Shown here: positions 35,486 through 46,658 of the stretch, one piece after another
Layout: each line of letters begins with the position of its first letter
Numbering within the stretch: position 1 is the first letter of the stretch
NCBI GenBank assembly: GCA_045644765.1
Contig: JAZRHM010000001.1
Span: 58,022 to 122,021, forward strand
Reading direction: 5' to 3'
DNA from: Alphaproteobacteria bacterium
GTDB lineage: Bacteria; Pseudomonadota; Alphaproteobacteria; RF32; CAG-239
Length of the DNA: 64,000 nt
The notes under the pieces: generated by a model
The model's database searches: none
The model's input: only the letters and a program-made list of their open reading frames with translations
Told to the model about the DNA's origin: nothing
Program-made: the position numbers and the translations under genes

Positions 35486-37369
35486 TTATAAATCAGTTAA
35501 ACCTATAAGCTTATATTTAACTCTGATTTTATAATCATCAGCATAGCTCTTTAGCAAAGCATCTGCAAAATCTTTAACTAAAGATTGATATGCTTTACGT
35601 TTAACAAGATCTTTTTCTTCTGCACTTAATTCAACAGAATTATCATAATCTTCAACTGCAACGGCAACAATATAGTCATCACCATATTGCATTTGACGAG
35701 GTGTATTAAGTGCTTCAACAAACATTGCTCTAACATCTGCATAACTAATATTTGCAAATGTTTCATTTCTGGTTATAGGACGAGATTTATACACTTTAAA
35801 TCCGTATCTTGGAGCTACATCGGATAAATCATCTCCATTTTCCAAATCATGCATAATGTCATTTAATTTTTCTTGAGCTATAGCTGTTTTTTCATTATCT
35901 GACCAAATCTTAACAATTTCATCTTTTACATCTTCAACTGCTTTTGGATGCGCATCATTCACAGTATCAACTCTTATAGTAAACAAACCTTCATCTGTTT
36001 CAATCACCTGACTTGTTTCACCTAAAGCATATGAAAAAGCAGCTTCCACAAAATCAGCACTTTTTACTAAATCTTTAATTTCAGTCACTTCTGATGCAGT
36101 TGAACCATCATCGGCAAAACCAATTACCTGTCTGACATTAAGATCAAGCTCTTTAGCTATTTCTTCCAGTTCAGTTCCGGAAGCTAATTTATCCTCTATG
36201 GAAGATATAACTTCATAACTTTGATCATATAAACGTTCATCTTTCAGAATTTTTTCAATTTCTGCAGAAGCTACTGCATAATCAACCTTAGAGGCTTTTT
36301 GAATATCAGCAACTTTTACTATCTGCCACAAATCTTCTACCTTTATCGGTTTTGTATACTGATTTTTCTTCAATGCAAAAACCTCTGTTGCAAGTTCTGG
36401 TAACAGTTCATCTGATGTTGCATAACCCAAGTTTGTATCCTCTTTTGACTGACCTGCAATATTTTGTGCCACATCATAAAAATCTGCACCTTGTTGTAAT
36501 TCAAAGAATGCCTTGTTAGCTTGCTTTTCATCATCAAATACTATCTGTAAAACTTGGCGTTTTTCTGATGTCTCATAATCTGACTTATTGTCATCATAGT
36601 AAAATTTTATATCCTCCGCACTAACTTTGATATTTTTGTAAATATCTGTCATAGGAATATATAAAACAGAAACATCTCTACGTTCCGGTTCCATGAAATT
36701 AGAAGAAAAATCTTCATAATATTGATTTACTTCTTCATCTGTGATACTTCTGTCAATTACCATATCAGATTTGTTAATATTAACATATTTAAATGTACGA
36801 CGCTTATTATCAACTTTGGTTGTTGCATCCAGTAAAACTTTTGGAACATTAACATTTAAGACCTGAGTATCTACCAACAAACGACGAACCAAATCCCTGC
36901 TGATTGATTTTACATAATCTGCCTCAGATAAACCACTTCTTGATAAAAGCTCCTTAAAAATATCACGATTGAAGTTACCTGTTTCATCTTTAAATGTAGG
37001 ATCATTTACTATGAGGCTGTGGATAAATACAGGACTAAACAAAATACCATACTTATCTGCTGTGCGATCAACAACCGAATCGGCAACTAATTTTTGCGTC
37101 AATCCTGATAAAATAGCCGTTCTCATTTCTTCAGTTATTTCTTGATTTTCACCCAACAATCTGGAAACCATTGCAAGCTCTTTTTGAGCCAAATATGCAA
37201 ATTGAGATCGTGGAATTTCGATATTATCAACCTTGATAACCGTGCGATTATTGTTGGCATTACTCAAATAACTGCTAACACCGAACAATGACATAAAACT
37301 AAGTGCCGTAAGAGATAATATGAGCTTTGCAACCCATCCTTTTTGTGCCTTTGCTAATTTGTTTATCAT
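35486..37369 (-). CDS. ppiD: Membrane-anchored periplasmic chaperone PpiD-like (SurA-N domain plus degenerate parvulin)
   Basis: N-terminal TM anchor KLILSLTALSFMSLFGV. 627 aa. SurA-like N-domain. Sits upstream of tpiA. Confidence 0.6.
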   Translation of the reverse strand: MINKLAKAQKGWVAKLILSLTALSFMSLFGVSSYLSNANNNRTVIKVDNIEIPRSQFAYLAQKELAMVSRLLGENQEITEEMRTAILSGLTQKLVADSVVDRTADKYGILFSPVFIHSLIVNDPTFKDETGNFNRDIFKELLSRSGLSEADYVKSISRDLVRRLLVDTQVLNVNVPKVLLDATTKVDNKRRTFKYVNINKSDMVIDRSITDEEVNQYYEDFSSNFMEPERRDVSVLYIPMTDIYKNIKVSAEDIKFYYDDNKSDYETSEKRQVLQIVFDDEKQANKAFFELQQGADFYDVAQNIAGQSKEDTNLGYATSDELLPELATEVFALKKNQYTKPIKVEDLWQIVKVADIQKASKVDYAVASAEIEKILKDERLYDQSYEVISSIEDKLASGTELEEIAKELDLNVRQVIGFADDGSTASEVTEIKDLVKSADFVEAAFSYALGETSQVIETDEGLFTIRVDTVNDAHPKAVEDVKDEIVKIWSDNEKTAIAQEKLNDIMHDLENGDDLSDVAPRYGFKVYKSRPITRNETFANISYADVRAMFVEALNTPRQMQYGDDYIVAVAVEDYDNSVELSAEEKDLVKRKAYQSLVKDFADALLKSYADDYKIRVKYKLIGLTDL

Positions 37370-37534
37370 TTTTCTTCCCTACTGTTTATAATTTTTTTTG
37401 CTATTATAGTTTAATAATTATTTATTTCAATTACAAAATATTGGTGTTGAAAACTTTTTTATACTGGAAAAAATAAAATCAATATGCTAAAAGATTTGCA
37501 GAAACAATTTAACTTAATATAGGATATTTTTAAT

Positions 37535-38296
37535 ATGGCTCGTAAAATTTTAATTGCCGGCAACTGGAAAATGAATTGCCATTTAGAAGACGGCATTTGC
37601 CTTGCTAAAGAAATTGCAACACAAGTAAAGCAACTTGGTAAAACAGAATGTGAATTTTTGGTTTGTCCTCCTTTTACCTTGCTTACAAGCGTGAAAAAAG
37701 CCTTACGCGGCTCTAAAGTATTTCTCGGAGCACAAGATTGTCACACCGCCGAAAAAGGCGCACACACAGGAGATATCAGTCCATTAATGCTTAAAGACGC
37801 AGGCTGTTCATATGTTTTGGTAGGACATTCAGAAAGAAGAGCCGATCACATGGAAAGTAACGAGCTTATATGCCAAAAAGCTCAAGCATTACATAATGCA
37901 GGCTTAAAAGCCGTTATCTGCATAGGTGAAACATTAAGTGAACGCGAATCGGGAAAGACCATTGATGTTTGCACCAAGCAAATTATGGGATCCGTACCTG
38001 AAAATGCTAACGCTTCCAATACCGTAATTGCTTATGAACCTGTTTGGGCAATCGGCACAGGTAAAACACCTACGGCAGAAGAAGTTCAAGAGACACATGC
38101 AGCCATCAGAAAAGTTGTTGCTAAAAAGTTAGGAAAAAGTGTTGCCAATAAGATGCGTTTGTTGTATGGAGGTTCTGTTAAACCTTCTAATGCTGCAAAT
38201 CTTTTGGCTTTAGAAGATGTAGATGGCGCTTTAATCGGCGGCGCAAGCTTAAAAGCTGCTGATTTTATGGGCATTGCAACAACAGTTTGCAAATAG
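37535..38296 (+). CDS. tpiA: Triosephosphate isomerase
   Basis: ILIAGNWKMN, VGHSERR, AYEPVWAIGTGKT. Confidence 0.92.
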   Translation: MARKILIAGNWKMNCHLEDGICLAKEIATQVKQLGKTECEFLVCPPFTLLTSVKKALRGSKVFLGAQDCHTAEKGAHTGDISPLMLKDAGCSYVLVGHSERRADHMESNELICQKAQALHNAGLKAVICIGETLSERESGKTIDVCTKQIMGSVPENANASNTVIAYEPVWAIGTGKTPTAEEVQETHAAIRKVVAKKLGKSVANKMRLLYGGSVKPSNAANLLALEDVDGALIGGASLKAADFMGIATTVCK

Positions 38297-38319
38297 TAAT
38301 AAAGAAAAGGAAATAAACT

Positions 38320-38661
38320 ATGGGATCAGTATTGTTAGTTATACATTTAATCACAGCAATTTTTTTAGTTGCTATCATTTTAATGCAACGTTCTTCCGGA
38401 GGCGCACTTAATGGTTTAGGTGGCGGATCCGGTGCTAACAGCTTTTTAAGTGCCAGAGGTACAGGTAACTTGTTAACACGCCTTACTGCAATTTTGGCTA
38501 CCGTATTTTTTATAACAAGTATAGCACTTGCTTTATACTATAAAGGAGTTGAACGTAAAAGTTCTTCTATTTTGGATGTAGCTCCTGTTACACAAAGTGC
38601 TCCGGTTGCACCGGCAGCTCCGGTTACTCCCGAAGTTCCACAGGTTCCTGAAGCAAAATAA
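38320..38661 (+). CDS. secG: Preprotein translocase subunit SecG
   Basis: LLVIHLITAIFLVAIILMQRSSGGALNGLGGGSG. 113 aa. tpiA-secG-pyrG order. Confidence 0.85.
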   Translation: MGSVLLVIHLITAIFLVAIILMQRSSGGALNGLGGGSGANSFLSARGTGNLLTRLTAILATVFFITSIALALYYKGVERKSSSILDVAPVTQSAPVAPAAPVTPEVPQVPEAK

Positions 38662-38685
38662 ACAATGATTGACTTTTAAGAACAT

Positions 38686-38716
38686 AGGCACCTTTAAAAG
38701 ATAAGGTGCCTTTTTC
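38686..38716 (+). terminator. Rho-independent terminator after secG
   Basis: aggcacctt-taaaagat-aaggtgcct followed by TTTTT. Confidence 0.6.
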
Positions 38717-38734
38717 ACTTTTAAACAAGAAAAA

Positions 38735-40390
38735 ATGAAAGAAAAAAAGATGACTAATTCAAAAACCAAATTTATATTTATAACCGGCGGAGTTGTTTCT
38801 TCACTAGGAAAAGGACTTGCTTCGGCTTCTTTAGCAGCTGTTTTACAAGGCAGAGGTTTTAAGGTTCGTTTGCGTAAGCTTGATCCATATTTAAATGTAG
38901 ATCCGGGAACTATGAGCCCTTATCAACATGGTGAAGTTTTTGTAACCGATGACGGCACCGAAGCTGATTTAGATTTAGGTCACTATGAACGTTTTTCCGG
39001 TGTCTGCGCCACAAAATTTGACAGTATAACTACCGGAAAAATCTACCAAAGAGTAATCGATAAAGAAAGAAGAGGCGATTATTTAGGTGCAACCATTCAG
39101 GTTATACCTCATGTTACAAACGAAATTAAAGATTTTATTTTGTCTGATTTGGATGATGAAGATTTTGTTTTGTGTGAAATCGGCGGAACTGTCGGAGATA
39201 TTGAAGGTCAGCCATATTTAGAGGCTATACGTCAAGTTGCCTATGATTTAGGTAGGGACCGAGTTATGTTTATTCACCTAACATTGTTACCTTTCATACC
39301 AACAGCCGGTGAACTAAAGACCAAACCGACGCAACATTCTGTTAAAAAATTACAAGAATACGGTATACAACCGGATATGCTTTTATGCCGTTCTCAAATT
39401 AAAATTCCTGAAAATGAAAAAAGAAAATTAGCTCTTTTTTGCAATGTCAGAGAAGAAAATGTAATTGCGGCACTTGATGTAAGTAATATTTATCAAGTCC
39501 CTCTTGCCTACTCTGCAGAAGGCATGGATAGAGCCGTATGTCGTCATTTTGGCATAGATAACGAAACTCCGGCAGATTTAAGCAAATGGCAACAAATTAT
39601 TGAAACAATAAAAAGTCCGGAAGGTGAAGTTTATGTTGGTGTCGTAGGTAAATATACCCAACTTTTGGAAGCTTACAAATCTTTACACGAAGCTATAAAA
39701 CATGGTGCCATTGCCAATAAACATCATGTAAAAATAAAATGGATAGATTCAGCTTCTTTAGAAGACGAATCGTCTATGGAACAATTTAAAAATTTAAATG
39801 CAATTATTGTCCCCGGAGGTTTTGGTAAAAGAGGAACAGCCGGAAAAATAAAAGCTATTAAGTATGCGCGAGAACATAACATTCCGTTCTTAGGAATTTG
39901 CTTAGGTATGCAATTAAGTGTTATTGAGTTCTCTCAAAATATGTGCGGTATAGAAAATGCTAACACCACAGAATTTGAAGATAATTGCACACCGGTTGTT
40001 GACTTGATGACACAATGGGAAAAAGATGGTAGCTTACAAAAACGACAAACAAATGATAACTTAGGCGGAACCATGCGTTTAGGAGCATATCCTTGCCATA
40101 TAAAAGAAGGATCCAAAGCCGCTAAAGTTTACGGTAAAAACGAAATTTTTGAAAGACACAGACATCGTTACGAGGTCAATATATCTTTTGAAGAAACACT
40201 TAGTAAAAATGGTATGATTATAAGCGGAAAATCTCCGGATGGCACTTTACCTGAAATTGTAGAGCTTACAAATCATCCTTGGTTTATTGCTACACAATTT
40301 CATCCGGAATTAAAATCCAGACCATTTGAACCACACCCATTGTTTGTGTCTTTGATAAAGGCCGCAATTGAAAATAGCAGATTGGTCTGA
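38735..40390 (+). CDS. pyrG: CTP synthase
   Basis: [27 protein letters not shown]. Glutamine amidotransferase domain LGICLGMQ. 551 aa. Confidence 0.95.
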   Translation: MKEKKMTNSKTKFIFITGGVVSSLGKGLASASLAAVLQGRGFKVRLRKLDPYLNVDPGTMSPYQHGEVFVTDDGTEADLDLGHYERFSGVCATKFDSITTGKIYQRVIDKERRGDYLGATIQVIPHVTNEIKDFILSDLDDEDFVLCEIGGTVGDIEGQPYLEAIRQVAYDLGRDRVMFIHLTLLPFIPTAGELKTKPTQHSVKKLQEYGIQPDMLLCRSQIKIPENEKRKLALFCNVREENVIAALDVSNIYQVPLAYSAEGMDRAVCRHFGIDNETPADLSKWQQIIETIKSPEGEVYVGVVGKYTQLLEAYKSLHEAIKHGAIANKHHVKIKWIDSASLEDESSMEQFKNLNAIIVPGGFGKRGTAGKIKAIKYAREHNIPFLGICLGMQLSVIEFSQNMCGIENANTTEFEDNCTPVVDLMTQWEKDGSLQKRQTNDNLGGTMRLGAYPCHIKEGSKAAKVYGKNEIFERHRHRYEVNISFEETLSKNGMIISGKSPDGTLPEIVELTNHPWFIATQFHPELKSRPFEPHPLFVSLIKAAIENSRLV

Positions 40391-40396
40391 TGCAAA

Positions 40397-40428
40397 AAGA
40401 GACTTACTTAAAGTAGGTCTCTTTTTTT
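40397..40428 (+). terminator. Rho-independent terminator after pyrG
   Basis: agagac...gtctct stem followed by TTTTTTT. Confidence 0.5.
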
Positions 40429-40519
40429 ACCTTTTCTCCACAATCAACACACTTCATGATTGCAAAAAAAAAAATAAACCTATAATTTGGCTAGAATACC
40501 ATTTTTAGGAGTTTTTTTG

Positions 40520-41140
40520 ATGAAATTATTTAAGAACAATCAATACGGAAGAAGCATGGTTGAGATGTTGGGTGTTTTGGCCATCATCGGTGTTTTATCA
40601 GTTGGCGGTATCGCAGGTTATTCTAAGGCGATGTTTAAATATAAATTTAACAAAACAATGGACATTATTACTCATGTTATCTATCGTATTATGGAATTAG
40701 ATGAATCGGATTTTGGAGGAAGCGGAATATATGAAAATACCGAAATGCACAGATACGGAATTATGCCTGAGTGTGATGTTAGCGAAGTAAGTCCTTATTG
40801 CGAATTACCTTTAGGTAAACTAGGTATGTCTCTAGGAGGATACGGAATTCACGGACTCGGTGGAGGTTTACAGATTGACCTTGATCAAGAACCTCTTGAT
40901 GCTTGTATTGCTTTTTTAACATCAGAAATTTATAAAAACGTACCCAACGACTGGTGGAAACCATTATCTGATGAAGGCACAGGAGGATATCTCGAAGTGT
41001 GCAACGGTAATGGATGTACGGCGGCGATACCAAGGGGAAGCTCAAAAATAAATCTAACAAATACCGAGATTCTAACAGCTTGTACAACATGCCAAACCGG
41101 AGAATGTACTATACATTGGGTTATTAGAGAAAAAGATTAA
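40520..41140 (+). CDS. Type IV pilin-like protein, paralog 2
   Basis: RBS aggag. Leader MKLFKNNQYG then RSMVEMLGVLAIIGVLSVGGIAGYSKAM. C-terminal Cys cluster CNGNGCTAA...CTTCQTGEC. Promoter-like TTGCAA(40460)-N15-TATAAT(40481). Confidence 0.6.
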   Translation: MKLFKNNQYGRSMVEMLGVLAIIGVLSVGGIAGYSKAMFKYKFNKTMDIITHVIYRIMELDESDFGGSGIYENTEMHRYGIMPECDVSEVSPYCELPLGKLGMSLGGYGIHGLGGGLQIDLDQEPLDACIAFLTSEIYKNVPNDWWKPLSDEGTGGYLEVCNGNGCTAAIPRGSSKINLTNTEILTACTTCQTGECTIHWVIREKD

Positions 41141-41146
41141 TTTTAA

Positions 41147-41172
41147 GCCTCTGTAAAGACAGAGGCTTTTAT
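41147..41172. terminator. Bidirectional terminator between pilin-like 2 and uvrD
   Basis: gcctctgt-aaag-acagaggc followed by TTTTAT. Confidence 0.6.
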
Positions 41173-41222
41173 CTATATTTTAAGCTTAAGTATCACATTT
41201 AAAAATTGTAAACAGCAAAAAA

Positions 41223-43496
41223 TTATACACGCCGTAAGAAAGTTCCCATAATTTTCTTACGTCCGGCTTTATCAAAAAACACATCGCATTTTTGCCCATC
41301 AACCGATAAAATCGTGCCATATCCGAAAGATTGATGATAAACCCTTACTCCTTTTAAACCCTTACCTGAAGAACCGTAATATTCTTCCGTCGGCTCATAC
41401 GAATAATCAGATGATGTTGTTTTCTTTTCATAAAAATCAGTTTTATTGTTGTAAGAACCAAAATTTTGATATCCGCCGGTATATTGACGATTAACACTAT
41501 TTATTATTTTAACACAATCTGTCGGAATTTCATTTAAGAATCTGGAAGGTACATTATTTTGCCACTGACCATAAATTCTTCTGTTCATGGCTGTTAAAAT
41601 ATAAAGCTTGTGTTTTGCTCTGGTTATGGCAACATAGGCCAAGCGCCTTTCTTCTTCTAATGCATTGCTTCCACCCTCATCTAAACTTCTTTGATGTGGA
41701 AATAAACCTTCTTCCCACCCCGGTAGAAAGACCACATCAAACTCCAAACCTTTTGCAGAATGAAGCGTAATCAACATAACTTTATTATTATCAATTGCGC
41801 TATCATTTTCCATAACAAGGCTGACATGTTCCAAAAAGTCAAATAATGTCGGATACTTTTCTTTATCACCCAAAACACCGATAAGCTCTTTTAAGTTTTC
41901 AATTCTTCCCGGAGCTTCTACTGATTTATCATTTTTGAGCATATCAAAATAGCCCGAATCGTCTAAGATTTGCGTTGCTAAATCATCAGAGGAAACTATC
42001 TGTGAAATCTTATTCCATTCATCAAAATTGGCTATCAATTCTTGTAAAGACGTCTTAGCCTTACCTGTAATCAGCCCTTGAGCAAGCATTTCTTTGACAG
42101 CAGAAAACATCGATATATGATTATCTCGTGCATATATTTGAAACTTTTCAATACTTTTTGCACCGATTCCTCTTGCCGGTTTATTTATTATGCGTTCAAA
42201 AGCCAAATCATCATCAGGTTGTACCACGACTCTAAAATAAGCCAGTAAATCTCTAATTTCCTGACGTTCATAAAACTTTGGTCCGCCTATAACTTGATAT
42301 GGAATAGCTTCTGCCATAAATTTTTCTTCAAATTCACGTGTCTGAAAAGCAGTACGCACCAAAACAGCCATATTTGAATATTGATATCCGCTAAGTTTTA
42401 AGTTTTCAATTTGGTTTGCAATATATTGAGCTTCTTCCGAACCGTTATATGAACTTACAAGAGAGATTTTTTCATTTTCACAATTCAACGCCGGTGAATT
42501 ATCGGCAACTTTTAACATTTTTCCAAGACGCCCCTGATTGTGACCTATTAAATTTGAAGCTGCTCTTAAGATATTTGCCGTTGAACGATAGTTTCGCTCC
42601 AAACGAATCACTTTTGCATCTTGAAAATCTTTTTCAAAACGCAATATGTTTTCAATTTCGGCACCACGCCAAGAATAAATAGATTGATCGTCATCTCCGA
42701 CACAACATAAATTACGATGCTTTTGAGATAACAATCTCAACAATAAATATTGAATAACATTAGTGTCTTGATACTCGTCAACCATAATATACAAAAACTT
42801 GTTTTGATATTTTTCCAAAATATCCTTATGCTTTTGCAAAATTTGCAATGTATATAAAATTATATCACCAAAATCCACGCAATTAAGTTCGACAAGGCGA
42901 GCTTGATATTTTTTGTAAACGATAGTGCTTAAATTATGTTTATATTCAGGTTTTATTTCTTCTACGGAAATTCCCTTATCTTTTAAACGCTGAATTTTAT
43001 CAACAAAAGCTTGAGGAGGATATTTTTTTTCATCGATACCTTCAGCTTCAATAATCTGCTTGATAAGGCGTTTTTGATCATCTTCGTTCAATATGGTAAA
43101 ATTATTTTTCAAACCAACCAATTCTGCATGATAACGCAAAATTTTAACACATATGCTATGAAATGTTCCGAGCCAAACAGAATCGGCCATAGGTCCTATC
43201 ATATCCATAACTCTTGTTTTCATTTCTCTGGCGGCCCTATTGGTAAAAGTTACAACCAAACAATTGTATGGTTGAGCTTTCATTGTGGCCAATATGTAGG
43301 CCAATCTGGTAGTCAAAACCTTAGTTTTACCGGTTCCCGCCCCTGATAAGACAAGAAGAGGTCCTTGCGTATTCTCCACTGCCAATCGTTGCTCCGGATT
43401 CAGATTATCAAGCCATGAAAAATTTGGCTTGAGAGCACTTATATTATCATAAGTTTGGGGTTGCGGGTTTTCTTCAAAATCAAATATTCCATCCAT
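41223..43496 (-). CDS. uvrD: UvrD/Rep/PcrA family ATP-dependent DNA helicase
   Basis: Motif I LVLSGAGTGKTKVLTTRLAYIL. VDEYQDTN. ITLHSAKGLEFDVVFL. 757 aa. Confidence 0.85.
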   Translation of the reverse strand: MDGIFDFEENPQPQTYDNISALKPNFSWLDNLNPEQRLAVENTQGPLLVLSGAGTGKTKVLTTRLAYILATMKAQPYNCLVVTFTNRAAREMKTRVMDMIGPMADSVWLGTFHSICVKILRYHAELVGLKNNFTILNEDDQKRLIKQIIEAEGIDEKKYPPQAFVDKIQRLKDKGISVEEIKPEYKHNLSTIVYKKYQARLVELNCVDFGDIILYTLQILQKHKDILEKYQNKFLYIMVDEYQDTNVIQYLLLRLLSQKHRNLCCVGDDDQSIYSWRGAEIENILRFEKDFQDAKVIRLERNYRSTANILRAASNLIGHNQGRLGKMLKVADNSPALNCENEKISLVSSYNGSEEAQYIANQIENLKLSGYQYSNMAVLVRTAFQTREFEEKFMAEAIPYQVIGGPKFYERQEIRDLLAYFRVVVQPDDDLAFERIINKPARGIGAKSIEKFQIYARDNHISMFSAVKEMLAQGLITGKAKTSLQELIANFDEWNKISQIVSSDDLATQILDDSGYFDMLKNDKSVEAPGRIENLKELIGVLGDKEKYPTLFDFLEHVSLVMENDSAIDNNKVMLITLHSAKGLEFDVVFLPGWEEGLFPHQRSLDEGGSNALEEERRLAYVAITRAKHKLYILTAMNRRIYGQWQNNVPSRFLNEIPTDCVKIINSVNRQYTGGYQNFGSYNNKTDFYEKKTTSSDYSYEPTEEYYGSSGKGLKGVRVYHQSFGYGTILSVDGQKCDVFFDKAGRKKIMGTFLRRV

Positions 43497-43603
43497 ATTA
43501 TTATACTTCTTGTATTTTACGTTTTAACAATATATATAATAGTATTATCAGAAATGAAAGAGTTTTTAATAAAACTTATAAACAATTAAAAGGAACAGAT
43601 ATT

Positions 43604-44593
43604 ATGTCAGATTTAAGAGAGAAAGTTATTGCCTTAAAAGCACACTTAGAAAGCAAAATATTAGGCCAACAAGATCTAATTCAAAAACTTCTTATCACAC
43701 TTTTAGCCTCAGGACATGCCTTGGTAGAAGGCGCCCCTGGTTTAGCTAAAACCAAAGCTATCAAAACTTTATCTGACAGTATCAGTGCAAAATATAACCG
43801 CATTCAATTTACTCCTGATTTATTACCATCAGATATAACAGGTAGTGAAATTTATCTTTCCGGTACCGGCAAATTTGAGTTCAGAGAAGGCCCTGTTTTT
43901 GCCAATCTGATTCTTGCCGATGAAATCAACCGTGCTCCTGCAAAAGTTCAGTCGGCTTTGCTCGAAGCCATGGCGGAACACCAAGTTAGCGTCGGCGGAA
44001 AAGTTTATCCGTTGCCGAATTTATTTATGGTAATGGCAACACAAAATCCTATTGAACATGAAGGAACATACAATTTGCCGGAAGCGCAACTCGACAGATT
44101 TTTAATGCACATAAAAATTGATCAACCGGATGCCATAACCGAACGTAAAATCTTGGAACTTGTAAGAAAAGAAGATATGGCTTGCGGTGACGATAAACAA
44201 TGTTGGGAAGAATATAGTAAAACTTATGAAAAAATGTCACCGGAAGAAATTTTATCCGCCGGACATGAGGCTCTTAGCGTCCACACATCAGAATCTGTTG
44301 TAAACTATATGATTGAACTGATAATGGCAACAAGAAACCCTTCAAAATATGACAAGAACCTGGATCAAATGGTAAAATTCGGAGCCAGTCCCAGAGCCAC
44401 AATCGCTCTTGATAAATGTTCTAAGATTAATGCTTGGCTTGATAATCGTGATTTTGTTACTCCGGATGATATCAATGCCGTTATATATGATGTTTTACGC
44501 CATCGTATAATTTTGAGTTTTGAAGCAATGGCTGAAGGCATCACTGTTGATGATATTATAAAAGCTTTGTTAAAAGCTGTTCCATTACCTTAA
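43604..44593 (+). CDS. MoxR-like AAA+ ATPase
   Basis: LVEGAPGLAKTKAIKTLS. ILADEINRAPAKVQSALLEAMAEHQVSV. 329 aa. Confidence 0.9.
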   Translation: MSDLREKVIALKAHLESKILGQQDLIQKLLITLLASGHALVEGAPGLAKTKAIKTLSDSISAKYNRIQFTPDLLPSDITGSEIYLSGTGKFEFREGPVFANLILADEINRAPAKVQSALLEAMAEHQVSVGGKVYPLPNLFMVMATQNPIEHEGTYNLPEAQLDRFLMHIKIDQPDAITERKILELVRKEDMACGDDKQCWEEYSKTYEKMSPEEILSAGHEALSVHTSESVVNYMIELIMATRNPSKYDKNLDQMVKFGASPRATIALDKCSKINAWLDNRDFVTPDDINAVIYDVLRHRIILSFEAMAEGITVDDIIKALLKAVPLP

Positions 44594-44607
44594 ATCGGGA
44601 GCATTAG

Positions 44608-45549
44608 GTGGTAGATTTAACTAAAATAAGCCATTTATGGAAAAAACACGAAAAGGCAGATTTGGATGGTCTGGTTCCGAGTTTTAGTGAGCTAACAGAA
44701 ATCAAGCGTTATGTACCTTATTTAAAGAATTTTGAATTTAATCAATCTTCAAACAAATCTGGAGACTTTAAATCTTCTTTTAAGGGACGAGGCATGGAGT
44801 TTGAAGAAGTAAGATCCTATACTTACGGAGATGATGTCAGAGATATAGATTGGCGCGTAACAGCCCGAAAAAATCAGCCTTATACAAAACTTTATACTGA
44901 AGAAAAAGACAGAGAAGTATATATTTGGCTTGATTTGTCTTCTAAAATGCGTTTTGGAACAAAAAATGAGTTAAAATCTGTTACAGCAGCAAAAACCGCT
45001 TCTCTTTTAGGCTGGTTTGCACTAGCGAATCGCGATAGATTAGGTCTCATGATATATGATGGTAATAAAACACATATATTTAAACCTCAAAGAGATTATG
45101 AAAATTTACTCATTTTGTTAAAAAAAATTGAACAGATTTCAAGAAATTGCCTGAACGAAACCCAAGAAAACCAAAACATAATAAAATCTTTACAACTATC
45201 ATCTAAACGAATCGGAAGAAAATCTATAGTATTTGTTATAAGTAGTTTTGATTTTCCGAACGATGATATAAAACGTGAAATATCTGCTCTATCTTTTAAT
45301 AATGATGTTTATTTGCTAAATATTTATGATGCACTGGAAGATATAGCTCCACCTAAAGGAGAATATTTAGCTCAATATCAATCAAAAAACCAACTTTTGA
45401 TTAGTTCCGGAAAAAATTTTGAACAAAATTATCAAGCATATTTTGTAAACAAAAGACAACTTTTAAAAGATTTTTGCATAAAATTTAATTGTAAATATCG
45501 ACAAATAAGAACCGATTTGCCGATTTATAAGCAATTAAGACCCCTTTAG
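44608..45549 (+). CDS. DUF58 domain protein (MoxR partner), GTG start
   Basis: GRGMEFEEVRSYTYGDDVRDIDWRVTARKNQPYTKLYTEEKD is the canonical DUF58 block. Confidence 0.8.
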   Translation: MVDLTKISHLWKKHEKADLDGLVPSFSELTEIKRYVPYLKNFEFNQSSNKSGDFKSSFKGRGMEFEEVRSYTYGDDVRDIDWRVTARKNQPYTKLYTEEKDREVYIWLDLSSKMRFGTKNELKSVTAAKTASLLGWFALANRDRLGLMIYDGNKTHIFKPQRDYENLLILLKKIEQISRNCLNETQENQNIIKSLQLSSKRIGRKSIVFVISSFDFPNDDIKREISALSFNNDVYLLNIYDALEDIAPPKGEYLAQYQSKNQLLISSGKNFEQNYQAYFVNKRQLLKDFCIKFNCKYRQIRTDLPIYKQLRPL

Positions 45550-45635
45550 TGACATTTCAAAACTTGACATAAATAATTTTAGGTGCTATGCTCTGCACAT
45601 TAATTATTTTGAACTTAAACAAAGAAGAGAAAAAC

Positions 45636-46601
45636 ATGGTAAAAATTAACGACAATAACGCTTATAAAAGAGGACAAGAATTATTAGACAGTGGTATGTA
45701 TCCTGAAGCTGTTACCCAATTTGAAACAGTCTTAAAGGAACAACCTGATTCATGGAAAGCTATGAATTCCAAGGGTTTTGCTTTCCAGAAAATGAGTAAA
45801 TATACCGAAGCTGTTGAATGTTTTGATAAAGCTCTACTAATTAATCCTAAATCAGTAGAAGTATTGAATAATAAAGGGGTAACATTAAGTATGCGTGGCC
45901 TTTACAAAGAGGCTGTTGCTTGCTTTGATGCTGCTTTTGCTATTGATCAAACATCTTTAGAAGCTCTTAATGGTAAGGCCATAGCTTTACAGCACTCTTT
46001 TATGTTTAAGGAAGCTTTAGATGTATTAGAACATGCTATGAGTATTGACAACAAACATGCTCAAACATTGTTAAGCATTGCTGTTACATTACAGAAATTG
46101 AAACAATATGATCGTTCTATTGCTTTTTTCAAAAAAGTTTTAGCTTCAGATAAATTTAATGTTAAAGCTTGGAACGGAATCGGTGTTACTTATCAGCTGA
46201 TGGGGGATAATGATTCTGCGTTGAAATGTTTTACAAAAATTTTGAACATCAACAGCAGCGAAATTCAAGCTTGGATTAGTATCGGTTTTGTTTATCAAAA
46301 AATGTTTAAATTTCAAGATGCTTTAAAGTGCTACAAAAAGGCGCAGCTTTTGGTGAATGGCCGCTATCATCATAAAATGTATGATGGTTTAGCATCATGT
46401 TTAACAAAGTTGTCAGAATTTGATCAAGCAATTGAGGTTTACAAACAAATATTCCAACACGAAGAAGGAAAGAAAAAATGGGATGCTCAACGCTCTATTA
46501 AGTTTGTAAACAAGCTTAAACGCAAAAAAGCAATCGGCACTTTACCTGATATTATGCCAGCTGAAGATGTTGATTTTGATATTGATGACAACGAAGAATA
46601 A
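45636..46601 (+). CDS. TPR-repeat protein (third gene of the MoxR-DUF58 cluster)
   Basis: About 8 consecutive 34-residue TPR units (W-LG-Y-A---F--A pattern). C-terminal acidic tail DVDFDIDDNEE. Confidence 0.6.
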   Translation: MVKINDNNAYKRGQELLDSGMYPEAVTQFETVLKEQPDSWKAMNSKGFAFQKMSKYTEAVECFDKALLINPKSVEVLNNKGVTLSMRGLYKEAVACFDAAFAIDQTSLEALNGKAIALQHSFMFKEALDVLEHAMSIDNKHAQTLLSIAVTLQKLKQYDRSIAFFKKVLASDKFNVKAWNGIGVTYQLMGDNDSALKCFTKILNINSSEIQAWISIGFVYQKMFKFQDALKCYKKAQLLVNGRYHHKMYDGLASCLTKLSEFDQAIEVYKQIFQHEEGKKKWDAQRSIKFVNKLKRKKAIGTLPDIMPAEDVDFDIDDNEE

Positions 46602-46612
46602 TAAAAATAAGA

Positions 46613-46640
46613 ACTGTCGCGATTGCGACAGTTTTTGTTT
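46613..46640 (+). terminator. Rho-independent terminator
   Basis: actgtcgc-gatt-gcgacagt followed by TTTTGTTTT. It overlaps the first codons of the track ORF, so the LRR gene is taken to start at 46659. Confidence 0.55.
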
Positions 46641-46658
46641 TATCAACTAGGATATTTT